Origin: an uncultured Clostridia bacterium
Lineage (GTDB): Bacteria; Bacillota; Clostridia; Oscillospirales; QAKW01
Assembly (NCBI GenBank): GCA_944387895.1
Contig: CALXGQ010000009.1
Coordinates: forward strand, 94,056 to 158,055
Length of the DNA stretch: 64,000 nt
Direction of reading: 5' to 3'
The translations under genes and the position numbers were made by a program. The notes under the pieces are model-generated. The model had not been told where the DNA came from. It saw only the letters and a program-made list of their open reading frames with translations, and made no database searches. This document shows positions 44,819 to 53,707 of the stretch, one piece after another (position 1 is the stretch's first letter; the number at the start of each line of letters is the position of its first letter).

Positions 44819-46071
44819 TCCATAATATCCTTCAATCTGTTTTTTAATACCAGCAGGCAGTCCGACATTTTGGCAGTTTCCTCCACCACGTCGACAGCAA
44901 AAGCGTGGCAGGAGGGCGAACCGCAGGCCGAGCAGTCGATCCCCGGCAGTTCCTTTTCGATCCGCTGGATTTCCTGCATTTTCCGCATGGCCGCCTGCAG
45001 ATCCTGATCCAGCTGCATCACCGGATCGTATTCAACGGGGGCGTTCCAGAGATAGGCCTCCGGCACCAGATCGAAATCCTTCATATGGCTTCCGGCGACC
45101 GGCATATATTTTCTCAGCTGCCGTACCCGCGTTCGGGCGATATAGGGATTCTCGATATTCAGGCACCCGCCGACGCAGCCGGAAACACAGGCGCCCAGCT
45201 CGACAAAATCAAGATCCCGCAGCTTTTCATCTTCAATTTCCTCCAGAATATTGATCACATTTTCCATTCCGTCCGCAGCGAGATATTTATTGCGGAGCAG
45301 GGCGGTGGCTTCGCCGCCGGTATAGCCCCAGGAAATACCCGTCAGCCCGCATCCGGAAAGGGGCTTCGGCTGCTCGATCTTATTCATGGCCGCCAGGAGC
45401 GGTTTATAAATATCGGATATGGCAAGAACGCCGCTCAGCTCCGATTTTTCCATTCCGATGGGCTGGTGCATCGCCGTCACCTTAGCCGGGCAGGGCGCGA
45501 TGAAAAAAACGCCGATCCGACCGGGCGGAAGCCCGGTCTTTTGCGCCGCCTCTTTCCGCGCGATCTCGGCGGCCACGTCCACCGGCGCCTTCACCTTCAG
45601 CAGATGGGGGATCAGCTTCGGAAAGCGGACCCGTATCAGGCGAACAATGGCGGGGCAGGCGGTCGATATGACCGGGCGCACCTGCCCGGGATCCGAAAGG
45701 ATCTGCCGGGTCAGCTCCGATACCAGCTCGGCCGCCCGCGCCACCTCAAAAACATCGTCAAAGCCCAGGCTGAGAAGTCCGGTCAGAACGTAATCGATGT
45801 TGCTCAGATTGTTGAACTGCCCGTATAGCGCCGGAGCGGGCAACGCGACGTTGTAGTCATACTCTTTGAGCAGCTCCAGCTTATCAAAAACCGCTTTCTT
45901 TGCATGATGCGGGCAGACGCGGATGCATTCGCCGCAATCGATGCAGCGCTCCCGGATGATGGTGGCTTTCCCGTTTTTGACCCGGATCGCCTCTGTGGGA
46001 CAGCGCTTGACACATGTAATACATCCATGGCAGCGGTCTGTATCCAATGTCACAGAATGGAAATATTCCAT
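44815..46071 (-). CDS. HydA-like Fe-S protein ([FeFe]-hydrogenase large-subunit-like core with degenerate H-cluster motifs; putative sensor)
   Basis: CHGCITCVKRCP and CIDCGECIRVCP, then STACPAI / APCPAKVTA / ELGACVSGCVGGC in place of L1/L2/L3, and a C-terminal CSACGSPSCHAF..C motif. 418 aa. Confidence 0.8.
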   Translation of the reverse strand: MEYFHSVTLDTDRCHGCITCVKRCPTEAIRVKNGKATIIRERCIDCGECIRVCPHHAKKAVFDKLELLKEYDYNVALPAPALYGQFNNLSNIDYVLTGLLSLGFDDVFEVARAAELVSELTRQILSDPGQVRPVISTACPAIVRLIRVRFPKLIPHLLKVKAPVDVAAEIARKEAAQKTGLPPGRIGVFFIAPCPAKVTAMHQPIGMEKSELSGVLAISDIYKPLLAAMNKIEQPKPLSGCGLTGISWGYTGGEATALLRNKYLAADGMENVINILEEIEDEKLRDLDFVELGACVSGCVGGCLNIENPYIARTRVRQLRKYMPVAGSHMKDFDLVPEAYLWNAPVEYDPVMQLDQDLQAAMRKMQEIQRIEKELPGIDCSACGSPSCHAFAVDVVEETAKMSDCLLVLKNRLKDIME

Positions 46072-46083
46072 TTTTGCTCACCT

Positions 46084-46503
46084 CTATGTATTGATCTGTA
46101 TGGTCAGCGTCGTGCCGACGCCCAGCTCGGTTTCCACCTTTAAATCGTCGGAATATTTTTTGATATTCGGCAGCCCCATTCCGGCGCCGAATCCAAGATT
46201 CCGCACCTCGTCCGGCGCGGTGGAATAGCCCTCCTGCATCGCCAGCGCCACGTCCTTGATCCCCGGCCCATGATCGGCCAGGATGATTCGAACTCCGCTC
46301 TGGGAGATCTCCACGGTGGCTTCTCCGCCGTCGGCATGGATCACCATATTGATCTCCCCTTCATACATCGCGATCGCGACCCTGCGGATCAAGTCCGGCG
46401 AAAAACCAAGCTGCTTCAACGTCTTCTTGACCGACGACGACGCTTCCCCGGCCATGCTGAAGTCGCTGCCGTCCACCTGATATTTTAAAATGATCGGTTC
46501 CAT
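46084..46503 (-). CDS. RsbW/SpoIIAB-like GHKL serine-kinase / anti-sigma-type protein
   Basis: 139 aa with AMYEGEINMVIHA, ADHGPGI and GFGAGMGLPNI. Confidence 0.7.
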   Translation of the reverse strand: MEPIILKYQVDGSDFSMAGEASSSVKKTLKQLGFSPDLIRRVAIAMYEGEINMVIHADGGEATVEISQSGVRIILADHGPGIKDVALAMQEGYSTAPDEVRNLGFGAGMGLPNIKKYSDDLKVETELGVGTTLTIQINT

Positions 46504-46859
46504 TATACCTTGTCAATCCCTTCGCTGTATAGTCCGTTTGCATAAAGGATCCCGCAGGCGGTATACATCCGGTAAGCGCTCGCCATCACCATGATGCCGT
46601 TTTCCTCCGCAAGAGAAACCACCGCTTCATCCGGGCGCTTGCCGCGCACAAATACGATACATTTCATATCCATCATCTGCGCTGTCCGCACCGTCTGCGG
46701 GTTCACCAGCCCGGTGAGAAGAATGCTCTGATCCTTCACAAACGCCAGCACGTCGCTCATCATATCTGAGCCGCAGGCGCTTTTTACCTCGGTATCCAGC
46801 CCCTCTTCACAGCAAAGAATCTCGGCGTCCAGCAATTCGCAAACCTTTGAAAGTTTCAT
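46503..46859 (-). CDS. DRTGG-domain protein (first copy)
   Basis: 118 aa with DVLAFVKDQSILLTGLVNPQTVRTAQMMDMKCIVFVRGK..IMVMAS. 1-nt overlap with the next gene. Confidence 0.58.
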   Translation of the reverse strand: MKLSKVCELLDAEILCCEEGLDTEVKSACGSDMMSDVLAFVKDQSILLTGLVNPQTVRTAQMMDMKCIVFVRGKRPDEAVVSLAEENGIMVMASAYRMYTACGILYANGLYSEGIDKV

Positions 46860-46921
46860 CTTTCCGTTCTCCTTCTATGATTTTGCATAATAACAGCGAA
46901 AAATACCGTCTTTATTTATTT

Positions 46922-46950
46922 ATTATATCATAATACCAATGAATAATCAA
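46922..46950 (-). promoter_or_regulatory. SigmaA-type promoter candidate for the DRTGG-kinase-HydA-like cassette
   Basis: Minus strand reads TTGATT (46950-46945), 17 nt, TATAAT (46927-46922). Confidence 0.4.
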
Positions 46951-46972
46951 GCAGAAACCGCTGAAAAATGAG

Positions 46973-47001
46973 TTGACTTTTTGCGTATGAACACCTATAA
47001 T
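46973..47001 (+). promoter_or_regulatory. SigmaA-type promoter for serC-serA
   Basis: TTGACT (46973-46978), 17 nt, TATAAT (46996-47001). RBS GAAGG lies before ATG 47043. Confidence 0.5.
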
Positions 47002-47042
47002 ATAAATTAGTATTTTATTTTTGAAAGAAGGTTGTATTTTAC

Positions 47043-48122
47043 ATGAGAGTTTACAATTTTTCCGCAGGTCCCTCCATGCTTCCTCTGGAAGTTCTGGAAA
47101 AAGCCGCCGCCGAGATGACGTCGTACGGCAATTCCGGCCAGTCCGTCATGGAGATGAGCCATCGTTCCAAAGAATACGGCGCCATTATCGAATCCGCGGA
47201 AAGTCTCCTGCGTAAAGTACTTTCCATTCCCGATCAGTATAAAGTTCTGTTTTTGCAGGGCGGCGCCTCCAGCCAGTTCGCCATGGTGCCGCTGAATCTG
47301 ATGAACAAGAGCGGTAAAGCCGATTACGTCATCACCGGGCAATGGGCCAAGAAGGCTTTCAAGGAAGCCTCGCGCTACGGCGCCTGCCGGGCTGTTGCCT
47401 CCAGCGAAGACAAAACCTTTTCCTACATCCCGGAGCTGAACAGCGCAGATTTTGATCCGGAAGCCGATTACTTCCATATCTGCTACAACAACACCATCTA
47501 CGGCACCAAATTCTATCAGCTGCCCGAAACCGGATCTGTGCCTCTGGTCGCCGATATGTCCTCCTCCATTCTCAGCGAGGAAATCGACGTTTCCAAATTC
47601 GGCCTCATCTATGCAGGCGCGCAGAAAAACATGGGCCCCGCCGGTCTTACCGTCGTTATCATCCGCGAAGATCTGATCGGAAACGCCCGCGATATCACGC
47701 CTACGATGTTCAACTATCAGATCCACGCCGATAACGGCTCCATGTTCAACACCCCGCCCACCTACTCCATCTACATCATGAAACTGGTTCTTGACTGGAT
47801 CGAAAGCATGGGCGGAATCAAGGTTCTGGAGGAGAAGAACAAAAAGAAGGCTGCGCTGCTCTATGATTATCTGGATCAGTCCTCCCTCTTCAAGCCCACC
47901 GTAACCGGCCCCTCCCGCTCCCTGATGAACGTTCCCTTCGTCACCGGAAACGACGAGCTGGACAAAAAGTTTATCGCCGGGTGCACCGAGAACGGATTCG
48001 TCAACATCAAAGGGCATCGTTCCGTGGGCGGGATGCGCGCCAGCATCTATAACGCCATGCCTTATGAAGGGGTAGAAGCCCTGGTTGCCTTCATGAAAAA
48101 ATTTGAAAAGGAAAATATGTAA
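47043..48122 (+). CDS. serC: Phosphoserine aminotransferase
   Basis: YNFSAGPSMLPLEVLEKAA, MEMSHRSKEY, GAQKNMGPAGLTVVIIR and GHRSVGGMRASIYNAMP. Confidence 0.95.
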   Translation: MRVYNFSAGPSMLPLEVLEKAAAEMTSYGNSGQSVMEMSHRSKEYGAIIESAESLLRKVLSIPDQYKVLFLQGGASSQFAMVPLNLMNKSGKADYVITGQWAKKAFKEASRYGACRAVASSEDKTFSYIPELNSADFDPEADYFHICYNNTIYGTKFYQLPETGSVPLVADMSSSILSEEIDVSKFGLIYAGAQKNMGPAGLTVVIIREDLIGNARDITPTMFNYQIHADNGSMFNTPPTYSIYIMKLVLDWIESMGGIKVLEEKNKKKAALLYDYLDQSSLFKPTVTGPSRSLMNVPFVTGNDELDKKFIAGCTENGFVNIKGHRSVGGMRASIYNAMPYEGVEALVAFMKKFEKENM

Positions 48123-48124
48123 CC

Positions 48125-49279
48125 ATGAAAATTCTGACCATGAACAAAATCGCCAAAGTCGGACTGGACGGCTTTGACCAAAACTATGAAATCTGCGATA
48201 GCTGCCCCGATCCGGACGGCATCGTTGTGCGCAGCGCTTCGCTGCACGATATGGAGCTTCCCGATACCCTGCTGGCCGTCGCCCGCGCCGGAGCCGGCGT
48301 CAACAATATTCCGCTGGACACCTGCGCGGAAAAAGGCGTCGTTGTATTCAACACGCCGGGCGCGAACGCCAACGCCGTTAAGGAGTTGACCCTCACCGCC
48401 ATGCTGATCGCCTCCAGAGATGTGGTCGGCGGCATCGAGTGGGCCAGAAGCCTTACCGGTGACGACATCGCCAAGCAGGTAGAAAAAGGAAAGGCGCAGT
48501 TTGTCGGCCCGGAAATCATGGGCAAGAAGCTGGGCGTCATCGGACTGGGCGCCGTCGGCGTTCTGGTCGCCAATGCCGCGCAGCATATGGGGATGGAGGT
48601 TCTGGGCTATGATCCCTATATCTCTCTTCAGTCTGCATGGAACCTGAATCACCACGTCCGCAAGGCGGCAAACATCAACGACGTCTTTACCGCCTGCGAC
48701 TATATCTGCCTCCACGCTCCCCTTACGGAGGAAACCAAATACTGCATCAACAAAGACTCCCTTGCCATGATGAAGGACGGCGTTCATATTTTGAACCTTT
48801 CCCGCGCCGATCTGGTCAACGACGATGATATCGCCGAAGCGCTGGAAAGCGGCAAGGTCGCAAAATATGTTACAGACTTCCCCAACGCCAAAACGATCAA
48901 GATGAAAAACGTGATCCCCATCCCCCATCTGGGCGCTTCCACCCCGGAAAGCGAAGAAAACTGCGCGGTCATGGCGGTAAAGGAGCTGCGGGAATATCTG
49001 GAATACGGGAATATTACCAATTCCGTCAACTATCCCAGCGTTTCCACCCCCTTTAATGCCGGGCTCAGGATCTGCATCTGCCACCGCAATGTGCCGAATA
49101 TGCTTTCGGCCTTTTCCACCATCATTTCCGCAGCCGGCGTCAACATCGAAAACCTGCTGAACAAATCGAAAGGCGATTACGCCTATACCATCATCGACTG
49201 CAACAAGGACATCGGCGACCGCGTTGTGGACGCCCTGAAAGCGCTGGACGGCGTACTGCGCGTGCGCTGCATCCGGTAA
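48125..49279 (+). CDS. serA: D-3-phosphoglycerate dehydrogenase (short form with ACT-like C-terminus)
   Basis: ARAGAGVNNIP, GVIGLGAVG NAD fold, HLGASTPESEEN, and a C-terminal ACT-like segment. Starts 2 nt after serC. Confidence 0.87.
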   Translation: MKILTMNKIAKVGLDGFDQNYEICDSCPDPDGIVVRSASLHDMELPDTLLAVARAGAGVNNIPLDTCAEKGVVVFNTPGANANAVKELTLTAMLIASRDVVGGIEWARSLTGDDIAKQVEKGKAQFVGPEIMGKKLGVIGLGAVGVLVANAAQHMGMEVLGYDPYISLQSAWNLNHHVRKAANINDVFTACDYICLHAPLTEETKYCINKDSLAMMKDGVHILNLSRADLVNDDDIAEALESGKVAKYVTDFPNAKTIKMKNVIPIPHLGASTPESEENCAVMAVKELREYLEYGNITNSVNYPSVSTPFNAGLRICICHRNVPNMLSAFSTIISAAGVNIENLLNKSKGDYAYTIIDCNKDIGDRVVDALKALDGVLRVRCIR

Positions 49280-49296
49280 AAAATACAGCATTATAA

Positions 49297-49340
49297 ACAC
49301 CGCGCGCCTGCATTTTGCAGGCGCGCGGTGTTTTATTGTG
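49297..49340. terminator. Strong GC hairpin terminator after serA (bidirectional geometry)
   Basis: acaccgcgcgcctgc-atttt-gcaggcgcgcggtgt followed by tttattgtg. Confidence 0.7.
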
Positions 49341-49384
49341 TTGTCCGCTCTTCGGGCCAAAAGCGCTCCGGCACACGATCCATG

Positions 49385-49912
49385 TCAATCCTGCGGGCGG
49401 TCAGCCGCCGGTTTCTCCGCCGAACGCACCCGGATCCTGCTCCAGGCTTCGGCAAGCCGGGCGGCGCTCCAGGCCGCATTGGCCGGAGAGGTCGAGGGCA
49501 GCGCGGCCGCCTCCAGCCCAACGGAGGGAAGGAGATACCGATCGTAGTATTTTTTTGCGGTCCCGCCGTTTACAAAAATACGGTCGATCCTGCTTGCCGC
49601 CAGCAACGGCTGGATATCATTGGGGATCACGTTGCCAATAGAACTATCAGCGCTGCCGGAAATCGTGCAGGATGCAACAACATCCCACAACGCCACTTTA
49701 TTGCGTTCCAGAAAGGCTTTTTTCTCTTCGATCGCAGCAGGAACCGGCTGATCAAATACCTCCGCCAGAACAAGCCAGAAGCGATTACGCGGATGCCCGT
49801 AGAAAAAACCCTGCTCCCGGGACTTGACGGAAGGAAAGCTGCCCAGAATCAGAATTTCGGAATCGGGGCGCCAAAACGGAGGAATCGGATGAAGAATGGG
49901 TCGGGCTGTCAT
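49385..49912 (-). CDS. DNA-deoxyinosine (hypoxanthine) glycosylase, UDG family 6-like
   Basis: ILILGSFPSVKSREQGFFYGHPRNRFW, ALWDVV and PSTSPANA pattern. Confidence 0.68.
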   Translation of the reverse strand: MTARPILHPIPPFWRPDSEILILGSFPSVKSREQGFFYGHPRNRFWLVLAEVFDQPVPAAIEEKKAFLERNKVALWDVVASCTISGSADSSIGNVIPNDIQPLLAASRIDRIFVNGGTAKKYYDRYLLPSVGLEAAALPSTSPANAAWSAARLAEAWSRIRVRSAEKPAADRPQD

Positions 49913-51039
49913 TCCGCAACCGTATCGCTCATCAGCGCGCCCCGGTAGCCGTGCTCATAGCACCAGCGGCAGGAATCCAGAATCAGCTCCTCAAAGCGCG
50001 CCCGATGGTTTACATAATCTGGATAAAAATATTCCTCATGCATCAGCAAAGAGAGAAAGCCCGCCCGGTGGGGATCCATCGCCACCTTCTCCAGAGCGGC
50101 TACGGCTTCCTGGGGATCGTCATAGTAATTGAGCACCACATCGATTCTGCCGAACATGATGTCCTCCCGGTTATCCTTCCAGAAATCCCGGCCGCCCACA
50201 TGACGCACCAGATCCGGCGGATAATGATAAGCCACCAGCGGCGCACCGTGCCGATCGATCTCGAAATAACCGGCCAGCCCGCGATAGCCGTATTCCCGCA
50301 GCGCCCGCGTCACCTGGAGATTGGAGGCGCCGAAATGAAGGGTGGTAAAGGGAGAGAGAACCTCCTCGCCGGCAAACCGGACGATCTCGCGGTGAACCTT
50401 TTCCATATCCGCCGCCACCTCGGCGGCCGTTGCATGTTGATAGGGCGCATTGGGATAATTCTTGCGGGCATGGAAGGTCAGCTTGAGCCAATCGGCGTTC
50501 GCCTGCCATTCCGGCTTGAACCGATCGGTCATCATGGAAAGATCAAAGGGCTCTTTATGGGCGGAAAAATCCGCCATCTCCTCTTCCCCGTATTCATAAT
50601 AGATATTGATATGAACACAGGCGCCGTAGAGGTCGTGGGCTTTTTTATAAACAGCCAAATAGGGATTTTCAAAAATGGAGCGGTATTTGTCCTGATTGTC
50701 ATTGATATCCTTCAGGAAAAGGATATTATCATCGCTGGAAAGGCGGTATTTTCCCACCGGGTCATGAAGCTTATAAACCGCAATCGCCGCGGTGGTTCCG
50801 GCAGCGGTCGCTTCCAGAACGGTACGGTAATGCCGGATCACCACCGGACACCGGTAGCACGCTCCGTCCCAGCGGGCGGCAATCCCGTTGACGGCAAGCT
50901 CCAGCCCCGGCGCAGCCGCAACCTGCACCTCAATGTGAAGACCGTCCTCCCGCTCTTCGCCGTCGTAACGATTCAGGCAATCCCCGTCCAGAGGAAACAA
51001 AAAAGCGACGCCCTGTTTTTCATCATAAATGTCTGCCAT
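49909..51039 (-). CDS. Hypothetical protein (possible glycoside-hydrolase/deacetylase-like barrel)
   Basis: 376 aa from MADIYDEK (ATG 51039). The ORF's 17 extra N-terminal codons cross the rpsU terminator. ATGA overlap with the glycosylase gene. No family recognised with confidence. Confidence 0.5.
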   Translation of the reverse strand: MADIYDEKQGVAFLFPLDGDCLNRYDGEEREDGLHIEVQVAAAPGLELAVNGIAARWDGACYRCPVVIRHYRTVLEATAAGTTAAIAVYKLHDPVGKYRLSSDDNILFLKDINDNQDKYRSIFENPYLAVYKKAHDLYGACVHINIYYEYGEEEMADFSAHKEPFDLSMMTDRFKPEWQANADWLKLTFHARKNYPNAPYQHATAAEVAADMEKVHREIVRFAGEEVLSPFTTLHFGASNLQVTRALREYGYRGLAGYFEIDRHGAPLVAYHYPPDLVRHVGGRDFWKDNREDIMFGRIDVVLNYYDDPQEAVAALEKVAMDPHRAGFLSLLMHEEYFYPDYVNHRARFEELILDSCRWCYEHGYRGALMSDTVAE

Positions 51040-51061
51040 TTTTTTCGCCCCTTTCAGAATC

Positions 51062-51098
51062 TTTTTTAAAAAAAAGAGCCCGCATATCATGCGGGCTC
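51062..51098 (-). terminator. Intrinsic terminator after rpsU
   Basis: Minus strand reads gagcccgcatgatatgcgggctc followed by ttttttttt. Confidence 0.65.
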
Positions 51099-51138
51099 GA
51101 TTTTGAGAGTATCAAACAACCGAACAACCGCTCAGAAA

Positions 51139-51312
51139 TCAATACTTTCTCTTTCTGGCAGCTTCGGATTTCTTCTTTCGCTTTACGCTGGGCTTCTCAT
51201 AGTGCTCTCTCTTCCTGATCTCGGAGAGAACGCCGGATTTCGCGCATTGTCTTTTGAATCTTCTCAAAGCACTATCCAAGGACTCATTTTCCTTGATGCG
51301 GATTTCTGCCAT
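51139..51312 (-). CDS. rpsU: 30S ribosomal protein S21
   Basis: Own translation: [73 protein letters not shown]. At 57 aa it falls below the ORF-track cutoff. Confidence 0.92.
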   Translation of the reverse strand: MAEIRIKENESLDSALRRFKRQCAKSGVLSEIRKREHYEKPSVKRKKKSEAARKRKY

Positions 51313-51404
51313 TTGGTCTTCCCTCCCTCCGCTTTAACGACAGTCCTGTATAACACAGGTACAACGTGTATTATACATAACTCCTGAAAAAATGTCAAGC
51401 TTTT

Positions 51405-53666
51405 TTAATGCAAATTCACACAAATTTTTTCGCCCGACACGCTGCAATGGATCACGGAGGTTTCCTCTGCGAAACGATCGATCAGTTGCTGGGCGATCTG
51501 ATCCTCCAGCTCTCTCTGGATGGTGCGTTTGAGGGATCTTGCCCCGAATTTACGGTCATATCCATGCTCCGCAAGATAGTCCAGAACCGCAGGCTCCACC
51601 TCCAGAGATATGGCGCGCATCTCCAGACTCTTGCGAAGATCATCCAGCATGATTCCGGCGATTGCGCGGATGGTTTCCCGCTCCAGCGGATGAAAGGTGA
51701 CGATTTCATCCACCCGGTTGATGAACTCCGGCCGCAAAAACTTCAGCAGCGCCCGAGTGGCCCGATCCTTTTCCAGCTCTGATTCCGAGCGGTTGAATCC
51801 GGTGGCGTTGGCCGTATCGGCGGTTGCATTGGTCGTCATCACGATAATGGTGTTTTCAAAATTGACCGAACGACCCTGGGCGTCGGTCAGTTTGCCGTCG
51901 TCCAGCATCTGAAGCATGATGTTCAAAACGTCGGGATGCGCCTTTTCGATCTCATCGAACAGAATGACGCTATACGGCTTTCTGCGCACCTTCTCGGTGA
52001 GCTGGCCGGCGTCGTCGTAGCCAACGTAACCCGGAGGCGCGCCGATCAGCTTGGAAACGGAATGCTTTTCCATATATTCGCTCATATCCACCCGGATCAG
52101 CGCTTCCACGCTATCGAAAAGCGCGATGGAAAGCTGGCGGACCAACTCCGTTTTTCCAACGCCGGTCGGCCCGGTGAAGATGAAAGAAGAAGGGCTGCGG
52201 GAAAGGGATACGCCCACCCGGCGCCGTTTGATCGCGCGAACGACGCAATCGATCGCTTCATCCTGCCCCACGATCCTGTTCTTCAAAACGCTCTCCAGTT
52301 GATTGAGCTTTTCAAATTCCTGCTGCTTGATCTTGGCTGCGGGAATCCCCGTCCAAAGCTCCAGCACATATGCAAGGTGGTCAAAGGTCAAAACGGCGTT
52401 TCCGGCCTCGCCCAGCTCCGAAAGGGCGGCGTCCAGCCGGCATTTTTCACTATTCAGCTCCGCCAGCTCCTTATAGGTTTCCTCCTTCTGCTCCCCTTCT
52501 GAAAGGACGTTCATCCGCGCTTCGATTTCCGTCAGTCGGCGCTGGGTGCGGATCCGCTCGTCCAGCGATTTGTTTTCCAGCGATGCGCCGCTGCACGCTT
52601 CGTCCAGCAGGTCGATCGCCTTATCCGGCAGAAACCGATCGGTAATATACCGCTCCGACATCTGCGCCGCCTGAACCAGCATGGCGTCCGGGATTTCGAC
52701 ATGATGGTATTCGCTGTAGCGGGGACGAAGCCCCTTCAGGATCTCAACCGTGTCCGCAAGAGAAGGCTCGTCCACCATCACCGGCTGAAACCGGCGCTCC
52801 AGCGCGGCATCCTTTTCAATATATTTCCGGTATTCCGCCAGCGTCGTTGCGCCGATCACCTGGATCTCGCCCCGGGAAAGGGCGGGCTTCAGAATATTTG
52901 CGGCATTCATCGTCCCTTCCGCGTCGCCGGTACCCACCAGGTTATGGATCTCATCGATCACCAATATGATGTTGCCCAGCGCCATGACCTCGCTGATCAG
53001 GCTTTTGATCCGGCTTTCAAACTGGCCGCGGAACTGGGTTCCGGCCACCAGAGCGGTCAAATCCAGCAGGTAGATCTCCTTCTCCATCAATTTCGCCGGA
53101 ACGTCGCCCCGGGCGATTTTAGAGGCAAGCTCTTCTGCGATGGCCGTTTTTCCAACGCCCGGCTCCCCGATCAGGCAGGGATTATTTTTAGTTCTGCGGT
53201 TGAGGATCCGGATCAGGCGATTCAGCTCCACCTGACGCCCTACTACCGGGTCCAGCTCGCCTGCCCGGGCCTTGGCGGTGAGGTTCACGCCGTACTGATC
53301 CAGCATTTTACGCTTTTTATCCTTCTTTTTTTCGCCGCTTTCCTTTTTCTTTTCCGCCGTTTCGCCTCCGGTCTGCTCCGCGCTCTGGCCGAAGATTTTG
53401 CTGAACAGCGGAGGCAGCGAAGGAGCGGTCTGGGAATCCAGCTCGCTGCTGTTTAATCCCAGCTGCTCGCTCATCTGATCAAACTCATCGGCAAATTGTT
53501 CCAGATCTTCATCGGTCATGCCCATTCCCTTGATCATTTCGTTCACCTGCGGAATCCCCATCTCTTTCGCGCATTTCAGGCAGAAGCCTTCGTTGACCGG
53601 TTTATTGCCGTCCATTCTGGAAACGAATACCACCGCCGTTCTTTTTTTACATTTTACACAAAGCAT
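51405..53666 (-). CDS. clpE: ClpE-type AAA+ Clp ATPase (N-terminal C4 zinc ribbon, two AAA modules)
   Basis: C3-x2-C6-x22-C29-x2-C32 (MLCVKCKK..FCLKCAKE). Walker A motifs GEPGVGKT and GPTGVGKT, a short coiled-coil middle region, and no Clp_N repeats. Confidence 0.8.
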   Translation of the reverse strand: MLCVKCKKRTAVVFVSRMDGNKPVNEGFCLKCAKEMGIPQVNEMIKGMGMTDEDLEQFADEFDQMSEQLGLNSSELDSQTAPSLPPLFSKIFGQSAEQTGGETAEKKKESGEKKKDKKRKMLDQYGVNLTAKARAGELDPVVGRQVELNRLIRILNRRTKNNPCLIGEPGVGKTAIAEELASKIARGDVPAKLMEKEIYLLDLTALVAGTQFRGQFESRIKSLISEVMALGNIILVIDEIHNLVGTGDAEGTMNAANILKPALSRGEIQVIGATTLAEYRKYIEKDAALERRFQPVMVDEPSLADTVEILKGLRPRYSEYHHVEIPDAMLVQAAQMSERYITDRFLPDKAIDLLDEACSGASLENKSLDERIRTQRRLTEIEARMNVLSEGEQKEETYKELAELNSEKCRLDAALSELGEAGNAVLTFDHLAYVLELWTGIPAAKIKQQEFEKLNQLESVLKNRIVGQDEAIDCVVRAIKRRRVGVSLSRSPSSFIFTGPTGVGKTELVRQLSIALFDSVEALIRVDMSEYMEKHSVSKLIGAPPGYVGYDDAGQLTEKVRRKPYSVILFDEIEKAHPDVLNIMLQMLDDGKLTDAQGRSVNFENTIIVMTTNATADTANATGFNRSESELEKDRATRALLKFLRPEFINRVDEIVTFHPLERETIRAIAGIMLDDLRKSLEMRAISLEVEPAVLDYLAEHGYDRKFGARSLKRTIQRELEDQIAQQLIDRFAEETSVIHCSVSGEKICVNLH

Positions 53667-53707
53667 ATTGCTCTCCTTTGAGTTTTAGACCGCCGCGCGG
53701 TCCGGAA

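Noticed and set aside
47007-49360. Two long minus-strand ORFs (47007..48017 and 48062..49360) opposite serC and serA.
   Set aside because: The plus-strand products are textbook SerC and phosphoglycerate dehydrogenase, with a promoter, RBS and terminator. The minus-strand translations are low complexity.
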